Below, one piece after another: positions 18,047 through 28,029 of a DNA stretch of 64,000 bases. How positions within the stretch are numbered: the first letter of the stretch is position 1; each line of letters opens with the position of its first letter. The notes below the pieces were generated by a model. It made no database searches and was not told the DNA's origin. It saw nothing but the letters and a program-made list of their open reading frames with translations. The stretch comes from Candidatus Iainarchaeum sp. (GTDB lineage Archaea; Iainarchaeota; Iainarchaeia; Iainarchaeales; 1-14-0-10-31-34), in NCBI GenBank assembly GCA_017609625.1, contig JAFCDN010000004.1, forward strand, positions 948-64,947, in the 5' to 3' direction. The translations under genes and the position numbers were made by a program.

Positions 18047-18942
18047 TCTTCTACTTCAATGCTGTCCTCACTTATTTCTGGTAAATCCTCATCTATTTCT
18101 GGAACTGATTTTGTTTTTTCTTTTACCTCTTCTCTTAATGTTTTTTCTTTTGGTTTCCTTTTAAAGATAGAAGACAACTTATTTAAAAATCTTGTTATAA
18201 TTCCTTGTTTTTTGATTCTGATTGTTGAACTTACTCCGGTTAGTTTTTCTGCTATCTGGTTGATTGCTTCAACTCCCTTAGAGTTTGGTTTGAATAAAAT
18301 TGTGGGCATTATTTTTTCTCTCATAAAAGATTTTCTTATGTCCTGATCATAAGGTATTAAACCATAAATTGGCAGTTCAAGCATTTTCATTATGTCATCT
18401 GGCATTATTTCTCCTTTTTCGTTTCTTACAAAGTTTACTATTACTCCAATTGGTTTTGCGTTTAATCTTTCTGCAACGATTTTTGTTTTCAGTACATCTG
18501 CAATTGAAGGAGAAATAGGCATTGTTACAAGCAAGACATTGTCTGCTGCGCTTAAAGCAGACATTACATTTGTTTCAATTCCTGCCGGCGCATCAAGAAG
18601 AATGTAATCAAAGTCTTCTTTTACCGAAGCAATTACTCCTGCTAATCTTGCAGAATCAACTCTTCTATAGCTTTCAAAACTTAACCCTGAAGGAACAAAA
18701 GAAACTCCCCCTGGGCCGTCGTAAATTGCATCCTGCAAAGAACTTTCTCCCAACAAAACATCATGCAATGTGATTGGAGAAGAATGCATTCCTAATAATA
18801 AGCTTAAATTGGCCATTGCAATATCTGAATCAACCAATAAAACTTTTTTTCCTTTTTGGGATAATGCAATACCCAAATTTGCGGTTATAGTTGTTTTTCC
18901 GACTCCGCCTTTTCCTGAAACCAAAGCATAAACTGTTCCCAT
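18043..18942 (-). CDS. minD: MinD/ParA-family ATPase
   Basis: deviant Walker A SGKGGVGKTT near the N-terminus; 299 aa; acidic C-terminal tail. Confidence 0.8.
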   Translation of the reverse strand: MGTVYALVSGKGGVGKTTITANLGIALSQKGKKVLLVDSDIAMANLSLLLGMHSSPITLHDVLLGESSLQDAIYDGPGGVSFVPSGLSFESYRRVDSARLAGVIASVKEDFDYILLDAPAGIETNVMSALSAADNVLLVTMPISPSIADVLKTKIVAERLNAKPIGVIVNFVRNEKGEIMPDDIMKMLELPIYGLIPYDQDIRKSFMREKIMPTILFKPNSKGVEAINQIAEKLTGVSSTIRIKKQGIITRFLNKLSSIFKRKPKEKTLREEVKEKTKSVPEIDEDLPEISEDSIEVEE

Positions 18943-18985
18943 ACTTAATCAATCAATCCAATATAATTAAAGAAATTGTTTGTTA

Positions 18986-19435
18986 TTAAAAGCTTTTTCC
19001 TTTAGTTAATTTTCCTTCAACCTCTTTTGCCAAAGCATTAAATTCCACTGTTGAAAGGCTTGCAGGCGCTCTGACAATAAAAATTTTGTTTTTATACGGC
19101 ATCAGCATATACCATTCATTTGATTTAATCAGAATTGTTTCAGACTTTGGAATTTCTGATTTAATATAATTAAACATTGCTGTTCCAATTACTGCTTCTT
19201 TTAGGCTGTTGCCGTTTGAAGTTGAAGCAATAACCGACCCGTTTTTGCTTGCAACACAAATATTGTCCACTAAATGCTTTTTCCTTAAAGTTTTCAAAAG
19301 CTTTCTTAAATCCTTGGAATTTGTATTGAAATGAAATTTTGAAAGGATTTCAGAAATTGCATTTAACTGTTCTTTTGGAATTTCAGTGTTATCCAAACCC
19401 AAAAGTTTTCCTGCAAAATTTCTAACTGATTTCAT
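18986..19435 (-). CDS. hypothetical protein, possibly roadblock/LC7-like
   Basis: 149 aa; weak resemblance to roadblock folds (ICVASKNGSVIAST...AVIGTAMFNY); low confidence. Confidence 0.25.
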   Translation of the reverse strand: MKSVRNFAGKLLGLDNTEIPKEQLNAISEILSKFHFNTNSKDLRKLLKTLRKKHLVDNICVASKNGSVIASTSNGNSLKEAVIGTAMFNYIKSEIPKSETILIKSNEWYMLMPYKNKIFIVRAPASLSTVEFNALAKEVEGKLTKGKSF

Positions 19436-19480
19436 AAAAAACCTTAAATAAAGAAGAACAGAAAAAGCTTTTATTGCTTT

Positions 19481-19972
19481 CTAGCCCATTGAACCTAAGC
19501 CTAGTTTCTTCATTATCTCTGTTTTATGAGAAGAAGTTTTCATTACCATTGAAAGTACTTTTCTTGCATAAGCTGTATTGAATTTCTTTTTTGTTAATTT
19601 GTTTATGTCTCCTGGAGAAACACTCACATCAATTCTTACTTTAGGGTTAACTGCAATGGTTAATTCTGCATCAGTTGAACGGAAAGAAACAACATCAAAT
19701 ACCCCAAATTCAGATGAACCTGCATTAAATACCTGTGCAATCGCTGGATTGCCGTTTACTACCACGCCATATTTGAGGTATTCATAAGATGCAGCAATTA
19801 CTTTTCCTGAACGAAAAATTAAAGTGCCTTCTTCTAAACCATCAAATCCTTCAATTGTCAAAGCAGCATAACCGCTGAATTTTTCTTTAATTAAATTAAC
19901 AACTTTTTGGCTGAACTTATGTTCTTTCAAATCCAAAGCCTGTTCTTGAATTCTTCCTTCAATTAACTTCAT
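19481..19972 (-). CDS. hypothetical protein
   Basis: 163 aa, no family recognised. Confidence 0.35.
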   Translation of the reverse strand: MKLIEGRIQEQALDLKEHKFSQKVVNLIKEKFSGYAALTIEGFDGLEEGTLIFRSGKVIAASYEYLKYGVVVNGNPAIAQVFNAGSSEFGVFDVVSFRSTDAELTIAVNPKVRIDVSVSPGDINKLTKKKFNTAYARKVLSMVMKTSSHKTEIMKKLGLGSMG

Positions 19973-19976
19973 TTAA

Positions 19977-20432
19977 TCACTTTCTTCCCAAAACAATTAC
20001 ATGGTCTGCAGTGTTTTTTAGTGCAGCAGCAGAAGCTTCTTCTGCTAAAATAACTATAGTATCTTTTCCATATCTTTTTGCTTTAACTAAAACAGGCAAA
20101 AAATCTGAGTCTCTTGTAACAAAAGCAATTGACTGGATTGAATCATTAAAAATTGTTTCTGTTGCATCCACTGCCATATAAACATCTACATCCCCTACAG
20201 TGATAATTGACTCAAAACCCTGATTTACTACTGCTTCAACTAATTTGTCTGAAGCGTACTGGTTCAAAAAAACTTTTCCAATCTTTACCTGGCCAAACTT
20301 TTCTAAAGATTTTTTTATTTCCTCCAAGTCAATGTTTAACTCTTTTCTCAGAATGTTTGGCCCGTCAACAAAAACAGCAATGTTTTTTTGTGAAACAGTT
20401 TTTTTTCCGCCAAAAATATCTCTTAAAGCCAT
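19977..20432 (-). CDS. NYN/LabA-like domain protein
   Basis: 151 aa; IAVFVDGPNI ... VTRDSDF motif layout typical of the LabA/NYN (DUF88) nuclease-like fold. Confidence 0.55.
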   Translation of the reverse strand: MALRDIFGGKKTVSQKNIAVFVDGPNILRKELNIDLEEIKKSLEKFGQVKIGKVFLNQYASDKLVEAVVNQGFESIITVGDVDVYMAVDATETIFNDSIQSIAFVTRDSDFLPVLVKAKRYGKDTIVILAEEASAAALKNTADHVIVLGRK

Positions 20433-20536
20433 TAAAATCCAACTCTCAAATTATGTAGTTTAAGTAATAAAATGACAGCATAAAATTATTAAGATATCCG
20501 TCCTATTTTTTTAAGCTATTAGAAAGGGGTGTTTTT

Positions 20537-20935
20537 TTGGAGGAAAAGAAGTTTGTCAAAGTAAGCCAGCTTAAAGAAGGCGGTTTTGTCTTAATTGAAG
20601 GAATTGTCTGCAAAATCAGCACAATAGATAAATCAAAACCTGGAAAACATGGTTCAACCAAAGCAAGAGTTGTTGCAATAGGAGTGTTTCAGAACACCAA
20701 AAAAAATTTACTGCAGCCAACTTCTGCTGATGCACAAATTCCAATAATTGAAAAAGGAGTTGCACAGGTTGTTGCAGTAATGGGAAACACCCTTCAGTTA
20801 ATGGACACAACTTCTTATGCTACTTTTACTTCAGATTTGCCTGCAGAACTAAAAGGACTCAAATCAGGGGACGAAATAGAGTTTATGAAATACGGCGAAA
20901 ACGCAAAAGTTTTAAGGAAAAAACAGGTTGAATAA
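20537..20935 (+). CDS. eif5a: translation initiation factor 5A (aIF5A)
   Basis: 132 aa; hypusine-loop region KSKPGKHGSTKAR; SH3-like plus OB fold length. Confidence 0.85.
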   Translation: MEEKKFVKVSQLKEGGFVLIEGIVCKISTIDKSKPGKHGSTKARVVAIGVFQNTKKNLLQPTSADAQIPIIEKGVAQVVAVMGNTLQLMDTTSYATFTSDLPAELKGLKSGDEIEFMKYGENAKVLRKKQVE

Positions 20936-21207
20936 TCAATCAACTTTCACTCCCAAAAAATCAGAAATGATTTGTTTTGTCTCTCTAGCTTTTTTGTGGT
21001 TAAGAGAAACATGCAAACCATAGCCAGTAGGTTTCTTAAACAAAAAATTTTCTTTAATGAGTTTTTCAGCAACTTCTTTAATCAAAGAACGATCTTTAGG
21101 TTTAAAACCTTTCTTTAAATTATCAAAAGCAGTGTGGCTGTTTCCCCAGTTTCTTCTCCTCGCAAGCTTGAATAAAATTTTGGCTTTAATCAACTCTTCT
21201 TTGCCCA
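20936..21207 (-). CDS. hypothetical small protein
   Basis: track ORF is 130 aa; probable start is MGKEEL (about 90 aa), which removes the overlap with the divergent wHTH gene. Confidence 0.3.
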
Positions 21208-21272
21208 TATAAAAAGACTTTGAAAGTATTATTTTATAAACCTTTATCTTTGTTAATTGTTTAAGTGGTTTT

Positions 21273-21590
21273 ATGGAAGAAGAAACAAATTTGGTGAAAT
21301 TTTTCGGAGACAACCCTTTTATTCGCATATTAGATGCATTGATTGATAATATTGGAGAAGACTACTCTAAAAAAGAACTTCAGGAACTTGCAGGAATAAG
21401 CAAAGCTGCATTTTTCAATCACTGGCACAAAATAGAGGAGTTAGGTTTAGTTAGAGTAACAAGGGTTTTTGGAAAAACAAAATTATATACTTTAAACAAG
21501 AAAAGCAATTTAGTTAAAGACATTCTGAAATTTGAAACAAGAATGATAGAAGAAACAATGCCAAAAGAGAAAATTGCTGTAAAAGCTTAA
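21273..21590 (+). CDS. winged-helix transcriptional regulator (putative)
   Basis: 105 aa; HTH-like segment SKKELQELAGISKAAFFNHWHKIEELGLV. Confidence 0.4.
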   Translation: MEEETNLVKFFGDNPFIRILDALIDNIGEDYSKKELQELAGISKAAFFNHWHKIEELGLVRVTRVFGKTKLYTLNKKSNLVKDILKFETRMIEETMPKEKIAVKA

Positions 21591-23152
21591 GTGGACTCCT
21601 TTTCTTTTTTTTCTTTTCCAGCTTTTTCTAGCTCAACTTTTCTAAAAAGAATCTCTGCTTTGCCTGTTTTTGTTCCTTTCTGAATCAGATTCCATTTAAA
21701 TGCTTCATCAAATTTTTTAACTTCAATCCCTAATTGTTTCTGAATTTTTTCTGAAGTTTCTGGAATAAACGGAGCAAGCAAAATGCTTGTAATTCTCAGG
21801 GATTCTGAAAGCGAAGCCAGAACATTTCCTAACTCTTCTTTTTTGTCTGCTTTTGCCAGTTCCCAGGGTTTCTGGTCATTAATGTATTTGTTTGAAGCAT
21901 TAATTATTTCCCAGATGCTTGATAAAGCCCTGTGGAATTCTAAAGCTTCAATTAATTTGTCTGTTTCTTCACTCTTTTTTAAAGTAAAATCCCGCAGTTC
22001 TTTATCTTGTTTGGAAATGTTTACTGCATGAGGAATTTTTCCTTCAAAATATTTTTCTACCATTACAACAGTCCTGTTCAATAAATTTCCCAAACCATCT
22101 GCTAACTCTGAATTGATTCTCTGAACTAAAGCTTTCTCTGAATAATCTCCGTCAGAACCAAAAGGGATTTCTCTGAACAAAAAATATCTAAAAGCATCAA
22201 CAGAATATTTTTCTGTAACTTCTATTGGATCAATAAAGTTTCCTTTAGATTTAGACATTTTTTCTCCTTCAACTGTAAGCCAGCCATGGCCAAAAACTTT
22301 TTTTGGCAGGTCTAATCCTGCAGCTAAAAGCATTGCAGGCCAGATTACTGCATGAAACCTTACAATTTCTTTTCCCATTAAATGCACGTCTGCAGGCCAG
22401 ATGCTTTTGAATTGCTTTGAGTTAGAACCATAGCCTATTCCAGTAATATAATTCAGCAAAGCATCAAACCAGACATAAATTACATGGCTTTTATCCATTG
22501 GAACTGGAATACCCCATTTAATTGAAGTTCTGGAAATTGAAAGATCCTGCAAGCCTTGTTTTATAAAATTCACTATCTCGTTTTTTCTGCTTTCAGGCAA
22601 AACAAAATCAGTACTTTCAATATATCCAAGCAATGCCTGCTCGTATTTGCTTAACTTGAAAAAATAAGACTGCTCGCGCATTAACTGGGTTTTTTTTCCG
22701 CAGGAAGGGCAGTTTTTTTCTCCCTGCAGTTGTGTTTCAGAATAATATGTTTCACACGGCACACAATAATAGCCTTCATATTCCCCTAAATAAATGTCGC
22801 CGTTTTCATAAACTTTTTTGAAAAACTTTATTACAGCTTTTTCGTGCATTAAATCAGTTGTTCTGATAAAACCGTCATAAGAAATATTTAATTTCTTCCA
22901 GTAATCAGTGTAAAACGGAACTAATTCATCCAAAAATTCTTTTGGCTGTTTTCCTTTTTCTTCTGCTGCTTTTGAAATCTTTTCTCCGTGCTCGTCTGTT
23001 CCAGTAAGAAAAAACACTTTTTTTCCTTTTAATCTCTGAAATCTTGCGATAATGTCTGCAGCTAAAGTAGTGTAAGCTGAACCTATATGAGGTTTTGCAT
23101 TAACATAATACAACGGAGTTGTAACATAATATGTGTTCTTTACTGTAACCAC
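21587..23152 (-). CDS. metG: methionyl-tRNA synthetase
   Basis: HIGS-type motif (PHIGSAYT), KMSKS motif, Zn knuckles CxxC...CxxC; 521 aa. Confidence 0.9.
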   Translation of the reverse strand: MVTVKNTYYVTTPLYYVNAKPHIGSAYTTLAADIIARFQRLKGKKVFFLTGTDEHGEKISKAAEEKGKQPKEFLDELVPFYTDYWKKLNISYDGFIRTTDLMHEKAVIKFFKKVYENGDIYLGEYEGYYCVPCETYYSETQLQGEKNCPSCGKKTQLMREQSYFFKLSKYEQALLGYIESTDFVLPESRKNEIVNFIKQGLQDLSISRTSIKWGIPVPMDKSHVIYVWFDALLNYITGIGYGSNSKQFKSIWPADVHLMGKEIVRFHAVIWPAMLLAAGLDLPKKVFGHGWLTVEGEKMSKSKGNFIDPIEVTEKYSVDAFRYFLFREIPFGSDGDYSEKALVQRINSELADGLGNLLNRTVVMVEKYFEGKIPHAVNISKQDKELRDFTLKKSEETDKLIEALEFHRALSSIWEIINASNKYINDQKPWELAKADKKEELGNVLASLSESLRITSILLAPFIPETSEKIQKQLGIEVKKFDEAFKWNLIQKGTKTGKAEILFRKVELEKAGKEKKEKEST

Positions 23153-23224
23153 CTGAAAAAATAAATAAAAGAGAGAAAGTTATATTATTTTAAAAGTTAA
23201 ACTATTTAAAAAGGAGACGCCAAA

Positions 23225-23806
23225 CTATAATATTCTTTTCTGCATTTTCCTCTTGTTTAATGCCTTTCTTTTTCTGCTTCTTGCTTTTCTTCTGTCGCTG
23301 CGAATTTTGTTTCTCAATCTTTTTTTTGCTGTTTCATAAGAATAAATCCAAACAAAAGGATTCTTAGACGTAATTCCCCTGCCTTCAAGCTGAACTATTC
23401 TTGCTGGTTCCTGCGGAGGTTCTCTAAAGCTCTTTATAGAAGGAAATCTTCTCTTCATTTCTTTTACAAGTTTTGATTCAAGCAGTTGTGCAATTCCTTT
23501 CCCAAACAAAGGTTTCTTGCCTTCAGAATACAAAAGCCCAAAAAACCCAACGTCAAATGGATCGTAAACCTGAAATATTCCGCTGTTTAATTTTGAGTCA
23601 AATCTCAACAAAATTTTTCCTAGCCTGCCCCCAGAATCTGACAATCCTTTTTCTCTGAATTCGTGTATAGCTCTCCTTATTGTAGAATTAGAAATAAAAG
23701 TTCTGGATTTGGCTTCTCTTGCAATATGAAACCTGGCTTCAAGTTCATTTGTCTTTGGGTTATAAGAATATTTAATCTTTATTCCCATAACTTTTCTTTT
23801 CGCCAT
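23225..23806 (-). CDS. hypothetical protein with basic C-terminal tail
   Basis: 193 aa; no family recognised. Confidence 0.35.
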   Translation of the reverse strand: MAKRKVMGIKIKYSYNPKTNELEARFHIAREAKSRTFISNSTIRRAIHEFREKGLSDSGGRLGKILLRFDSKLNSGIFQVYDPFDVGFFGLLYSEGKKPLFGKGIAQLLESKLVKEMKRRFPSIKSFREPPQEPARIVQLEGRGITSKNPFVWIYSYETAKKRLRNKIRSDRRKARSRKRKALNKRKMQKRIL

Positions 23807-23830
23807 GAAAGAATTAAAAGCAGGTTAAAT

Positions 23831-24526
23831 TTAAAGGTTTCTTATTTCGACTTTTTCAAAAAACGGCTCTAAAAGTTTTTTTAATTCCAGCAATTCTTCA
23901 GAAGAATAAGGTTTTTTGTTTTCAAATTCTGGATCAACTAAAGGGCCTTTATTGCTGTACTGCTGTAAAGCAAAAAGTTTTGAAGAATTCAGCCATTCAC
24001 CGATTTTTACTGCATCTTCTTTGGAAAAAAACTCTGGAATAACTGTACAGCGGAATTCATATTCCAAGCCTGAATTTTTTATTAATTCAACGCTTTGTTT
24101 TATTTTTTCTAAATCAATTTCCACTCCGCAGATTTCAGAATACTTTTCTAAAGAAGTTTTGATGTCCATTGCAATATAATCCACAAGTTTTTTTTGGATT
24201 AATTCTTTCAGCATTAAAGGATTGCTTCCATTAGTATCAAGCTTTACTTCAAATCCAAAGGATTTGATTTTTGCACAAAATTCTGGAAGGTCTTTCTGTA
24301 AAGTAGGTTCCCCGCCTGTAATGCATACTCCATTCAGCCATTTTTTTCTTGATTCAAGGAAAGAAAAAAATTCTTCTTCTGCAACTGCGTTTTCTGAATC
24401 AAAAGAAATCAAAGAAGGATTCTGGCAGAAACCACAGCGGAAATTACAGCCTGCAGTAAATACAGTGCACCCAACTCTTTTTGGAAAATCAATTAAAGTT
24501 GTTTTTTGAATTCCTTTTAAAATCAT
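23831..24526 (-). CDS. nrdG: anaerobic ribonucleotide reductase activating protein (radical SAM)
   Basis: CNFRCGFCQN CxxxCxxC radical-SAM cluster motif near the N-terminus; adjacent to nrdD; start placed at MILKG, with the track ORF extending to 24565. Confidence 0.75.
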   Translation of the reverse strand: MILKGIQKTTLIDFPKRVGCTVFTAGCNFRCGFCQNPSLISFDSENAVAEEEFFSFLESRKKWLNGVCITGGEPTLQKDLPEFCAKIKSFGFEVKLDTNGSNPLMLKELIQKKLVDYIAMDIKTSLEKYSEICGVEIDLEKIKQSVELIKNSGLEYEFRCTVIPEFFSKEDAVKIGEWLNSSKLFALQQYSNKGPLVDPEFENKKPYSSEELLELKKLLEPFFEKVEIRNL

Positions 24527-24571
24527 AAAAAAAACCTGAGAAAAATAGAAAGAAAAAAAGTCCAAAGGACT

Positions 24572-24606
24572 GTTTTTGGCAACTTGCCTTTTGAAAAAAG
24601 GCAGTC
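24572..24606. promoter_or_regulatory. conserved motif GTTTTTGGCAACTTGCCTTT plus palindrome TGCCTTTT-gaa-AAAAGGCA
   Basis: lies between the nrdD 3' end and the nrdG start; a near-identical 20/21 copy is at 35892-35912. Confidence 0.4.
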
Positions 24607-24775
24607 AGCAGTCACATTCAGCCTGGTTTTTGAAAGAGCTTTTCATTGTTTTTTCTTCGTTGTATGCTACTCTATCTTTAAATTCTTCTTTTTTTCCTAT
24701 ATTCCAGTTCTGAACCGGCCTGAAATAGCCGACAATTCTGGAATAGGTTTCACATTCTGCATTGCATTTAGTCAT
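24605..24775 (-). CDS. glycyl-radical C-terminal domain of NrdD as a separate +1-frame ORF
   Basis: 56-aa ORF MTKCNAECETYSRIVGYFRPVQNWNIGKKEEFKDRV has the NrdD C-terminal signature: Cys pair, RxxGY glycyl-radical motif, and NxGKxxEFxDR. Its ATG overlaps the nrdD TGA stop in an ATGA arrangement. Confidence 0.6.
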   Translation of the reverse strand: MTKCNAECETYSRIVGYFRPVQNWNIGKKEEFKDRVAYNEEKTMKSSFKNQAECDC

Positions 24776-27700
24776 TTTACCACCTCTTTTACTTCAATTT
24801 TTTCATTACTTTGAGAAGAAGATTCTGCTATCTCATGGGGACATTGGAAATGTTCTCCTTTAACATAACCATGAACTGGACAAACACTAAAAGTCGGAGT
24901 AATAGAATAATAAGGCAATTTTGTATTTTCTGCAATTTTTTTCACTAATTGTTTGCATGCTTCTCCGTCAGAAACTTTTTCTCCTAAAAAAGTATGAAAG
25001 ATTGTTCCTCCAGTATATAAAGGCTGAATCTCATTTTGGTGCATTATTGCTGTAATTGCATCTTCTGTATGGCCTACAGGCAATTGAGAAGAGTTTGTTA
25101 AATATGGATTATCTTTTCCTGCAGTGTAAATTTCCGGGTGAAACTTTTTGTCTAACCTTGCCAGTCTGTAAGAAGCAGACTCTGCTGGAGTTGCTTCCAA
25201 ATTATATAAATTCTTAGTTTCTTTCTGGAACTCAAAACATTTGTTTCTCATAAAAGTCAAAACTTCTATTGCAAAGTTTTTTCCTTCTTCTGAAGCAATG
25301 TCTTTTCCTAAAAAGTTTACGCAAGCTTCATTCATTCCGCATAAACCTATAGTGGAAAAGTGATTGTCAAAAGTTCCTAAATAAGCTTTAGTAAAAGGCA
25401 TTAAATTGTTTTTCAGATTTTTGTTTATTATTTTTCTTTTAATCTCTAAAGAAGTTTTTGCTAAATTCATATAATATTCTAGTTTTTCAAAAAACTCTTC
25501 TTTTGCGTCTTTCTGGTTTTTGCTCAAACTTTTCTCAAAAGTTTGTTTTGCTTCAAACCCAATTCTATTCATGTTAATTGTTATTACTCCAATTGAACCA
25601 GTTGCGTCTCCCGGACCCCACATTCCTCCAGGTCTGTTGATTAACTGGGAAGTGTCCATATTTAGTCTGCAGCAGTTGTGGGTTATTGTTCCAAGCGAAT
25701 GAACAAAACGATGATTTTCTTCCAGTTCAATATCAAAGAAAAATATTTCATCTGAAAACATGACTTTCTCTACATTAGTTATTTCAATTGGATAAACATT
25801 ACTATCCCCAAGCTTTTTTGTCAGTTCTGTGTGAGCACCATAATACTGTAAAGTCATTAATCCTACTTTACGGGTATTGTATAATCCAGGAACTTTATAA
25901 GTATTAACTTCCCATGAAGGCACTTTTTCATAAAGAGGAGGACTTCCAAGCCGGTTGTCGAGCATTCTTTCCTTGCCGTGTTGAACAGTTATTACTTGGG
26001 AATTTTCTCTTTCTCTGAATGTCACTGGTTTTCCAATCAAGTGGTAAAGCAATACAAGCTCTCTTGCCAGCATAGGGTCATTTATGTGTATTTCTCCACG
26101 CTTTTCATAACCATCCCCAAGGAAAAAACCATTCAAAAAAGATTCTATTATGTATTTTGGAGAATTCCATATCTGTGGCGGTATTTTGCCATACTTTTTA
26201 AGACCTGCTTTTGCCAGTTCTCTGGAAATCTGCGAATTATAAAAATATGCATAAAATGCATTATATCTCGGGTCTTTTCTGGTTTTTGCATTTACTCCAA
26301 ACTTTTTTTCTGCAAGCGTTATTATTTCATCTGCATAATAATTTTTGTTGCTTGGGAACGTGAACTGCATTCCTTTTTCCAAACCAAAAGTTGAAATGTT
26401 TTTTCTGTTTTCATAAAGAAAATTTCCATCTGCAATAAAAAAACCAAGAAGCTTTGCCATTTCTTCATCAATTTCCTGCAACCCAATCTTTTGCTGTTCA
26501 GATGAAAGGCATGTTTCTGCTGACTTCACACTAAATAAAAATTCGCCACTAGAAAGGGACACAGCAGGTTTTTCTGTTATTCCCTGTGGCGTGAGAACTG
26601 ATACAGGGTGTGTTGGAGTCACTCTTATTGACTTGCCATCTCTTGTTTTAATCACTACCATTTCATTCCCAGCAGTCTTTACAATATTTTTTATTGGTTT
26701 CCACTCAAGTTTCAATGTTTTTTGATTCAAAGACATTACTTTAATTTCTGCGCTTAACTCACTCCATCCATCAAAATCAAATTTTAAGGCATAATTTGAT
26801 GATAATTCTCCAATAGAAGTTTTTTCAATAATTCCGTCTTTTTTGATTAAAAGTTCTTCTTCAGGATGCAAGCACATTGCTCTAATGCTTTTTGGATCTA
26901 AATCAGAGCCAACATAATTCTGGAAATAAGGAATTCCATATTTTGCTGTTACATCAAACAATAGTTTTGCGTTTTCTGAATCCCAATTAAAACTTTTTGT
27001 TAGGTTGTATGTTGGGATTGGAAAAGTAAATATTCTTCCATTTGCATCTCCATCCTGCATTACTTCCAAAAAAGCTTTATTAACCATGTCAACTTCTTTT
27101 TGTAAATCTCCATAAGTGAATTCCTGTTCTTTTCCTCCGACAATTGCTTTTTCTTCTCTCATGTCTTCTGGAACAGTCCAATCAAATGTAAGGTTAGAAA
27201 ATGGATATTGACTTCCCCATCTGCTTGGAATGTTTAAAGAATAAACTAATTCCTGCATGCATTGTTTGACTTGTTTGTAATCCAGATTGTCTGTTCTGAC
27301 AAAAGGAGCAAGTAAAGTATCAGTAGAAGAAAATGCCTGTGCACCTGCAAACTCCATCTGTAGGCATCCAATAAAATTCACCATCTGATGAACAACCACC
27401 CCTAAATGTTTTGCTGGTTTTGCATCAACTTTGTTTGCCACTCCGCCAAAACCTCTAATTAGCAAGTCTTTCAAAGACCAGCCTGCACAATATCCAATAA
27501 ACCCATGGCTTAAATCATGGATATGAATATGCCCTTTTCTATATGCATCGCTTACTTCCTGAGGATAGATTTGAGTTAAAGCATAGTTTGCAATAACTTT
27601 TCCTGCAGTATGCAACAACAAGCCAGAAAAAGAATATGCTTCATTAGAGTTTTCATTTACTCTCCAGTCATCTTGTCTTAAATATTCATTGATTGTGTGT

Positions 27701-28029
27701 TCTACATCAATAAAAGTGTCTTTCATTTCTCTTATTTTTGCCTGCTGCTGCCTGTACAAAATATAAGCTTTTGCAGTTTTTGCATGGCCTTCTTCTATTA
27801 GAACTTTTTCTACTATGTCTTGGATTTGTTCAACTGAAGGAATATCAGATGCAGAATCAAACTTAATTCTTACAACAAAAACAACTTTTTTTGCAATCTT
27901 TCTTGCTGTTTCAATATCACTGCCTCCAACGCTTTGGGCAGCCTTAAAAATAGCTTGTGCAATCTTTTCTTCATCAAAAGAAACAGTCTGCCCGTTTCTT
28001 TTTTTTATTGACTTAAAATATTCTGCCAT
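24772..28029 (-). CDS. nrdD: anaerobic ribonucleoside-triphosphate reductase (class III) with intein
   Basis: 1085 aa; N-terminal ATP-cone-like region, class III RNR core, C-terminal CPVHG...CPHE; LAGLIDADG intein inserted in the core. Confidence 0.85.
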   Translation of the reverse strand: MAEYFKSIKKRNGQTVSFDEEKIAQAIFKAAQSVGGSDIETARKIAKKVVFVVRIKFDSASDIPSVEQIQDIVEKVLIEEGHAKTAKAYILYRQQQAKIREMKDTFIDVEHTINEYLRQDDWRVNENSNEAYSFSGLLLHTAGKVIANYALTQIYPQEVSDAYRKGHIHIHDLSHGFIGYCAGWSLKDLLIRGFGGVANKVDAKPAKHLGVVVHQMVNFIGCLQMEFAGAQAFSSTDTLLAPFVRTDNLDYKQVKQCMQELVYSLNIPSRWGSQYPFSNLTFDWTVPEDMREEKAIVGGKEQEFTYGDLQKEVDMVNKAFLEVMQDGDANGRIFTFPIPTYNLTKSFNWDSENAKLLFDVTAKYGIPYFQNYVGSDLDPKSIRAMCLHPEEELLIKKDGIIEKTSIGELSSNYALKFDFDGWSELSAEIKVMSLNQKTLKLEWKPIKNIVKTAGNEMVVIKTRDGKSIRVTPTHPVSVLTPQGITEKPAVSLSSGEFLFSVKSAETCLSSEQQKIGLQEIDEEMAKLLGFFIADGNFLYENRKNISTFGLEKGMQFTFPSNKNYYADEIITLAEKKFGVNAKTRKDPRYNAFYAYFYNSQISRELAKAGLKKYGKIPPQIWNSPKYIIESFLNGFFLGDGYEKRGEIHINDPMLARELVLLYHLIGKPVTFRERENSQVITVQHGKERMLDNRLGSPPLYEKVPSWEVNTYKVPGLYNTRKVGLMTLQYYGAHTELTKKLGDSNVYPIEITNVEKVMFSDEIFFFDIELEENHRFVHSLGTITHNCCRLNMDTSQLINRPGGMWGPGDATGSIGVITINMNRIGFEAKQTFEKSLSKNQKDAKEEFFEKLEYYMNLAKTSLEIKRKIINKNLKNNLMPFTKAYLGTFDNHFSTIGLCGMNEACVNFLGKDIASEEGKNFAIEVLTFMRNKCFEFQKETKNLYNLEATPAESASYRLARLDKKFHPEIYTAGKDNPYLTNSSQLPVGHTEDAITAIMHQNEIQPLYTGGTIFHTFLGEKVSDGEACKQLVKKIAENTKLPYYSITPTFSVCPVHGYVKGEHFQCPHEIAESSSQSNEKIEVKEVVK
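25675..26873 (-). mobile_element. intein with LAGLIDADG homing endonuclease domain in NrdD (boundaries +/- 2 nt)
   Basis: begins at the Cys in IRAM|CLHPEEELL (block A); TPTHP block B; LAGLIDADG-like motifs LLGFFIADGNF and LNGFFLGDGY; ends ...SLGTITHN|C. Confidence 0.75.

Noticed and set aside
24584-24814. ORF 24584..24814 (+) between nrdG and nrdD
   Set aside because: It lies antisense to the NrdD glycyl-radical mini-ORF and the nrdD 3' end, and has no motifs.
25520-26394. + strand ORFs inside nrdD and similar antisense ORFs inside mcm, top6B, metG and the paralog array
   Set aside because: All are embedded antisense to confidently identified genes. Their AT-rich codon composition gives long chance ORFs rich in F/L/I/K.
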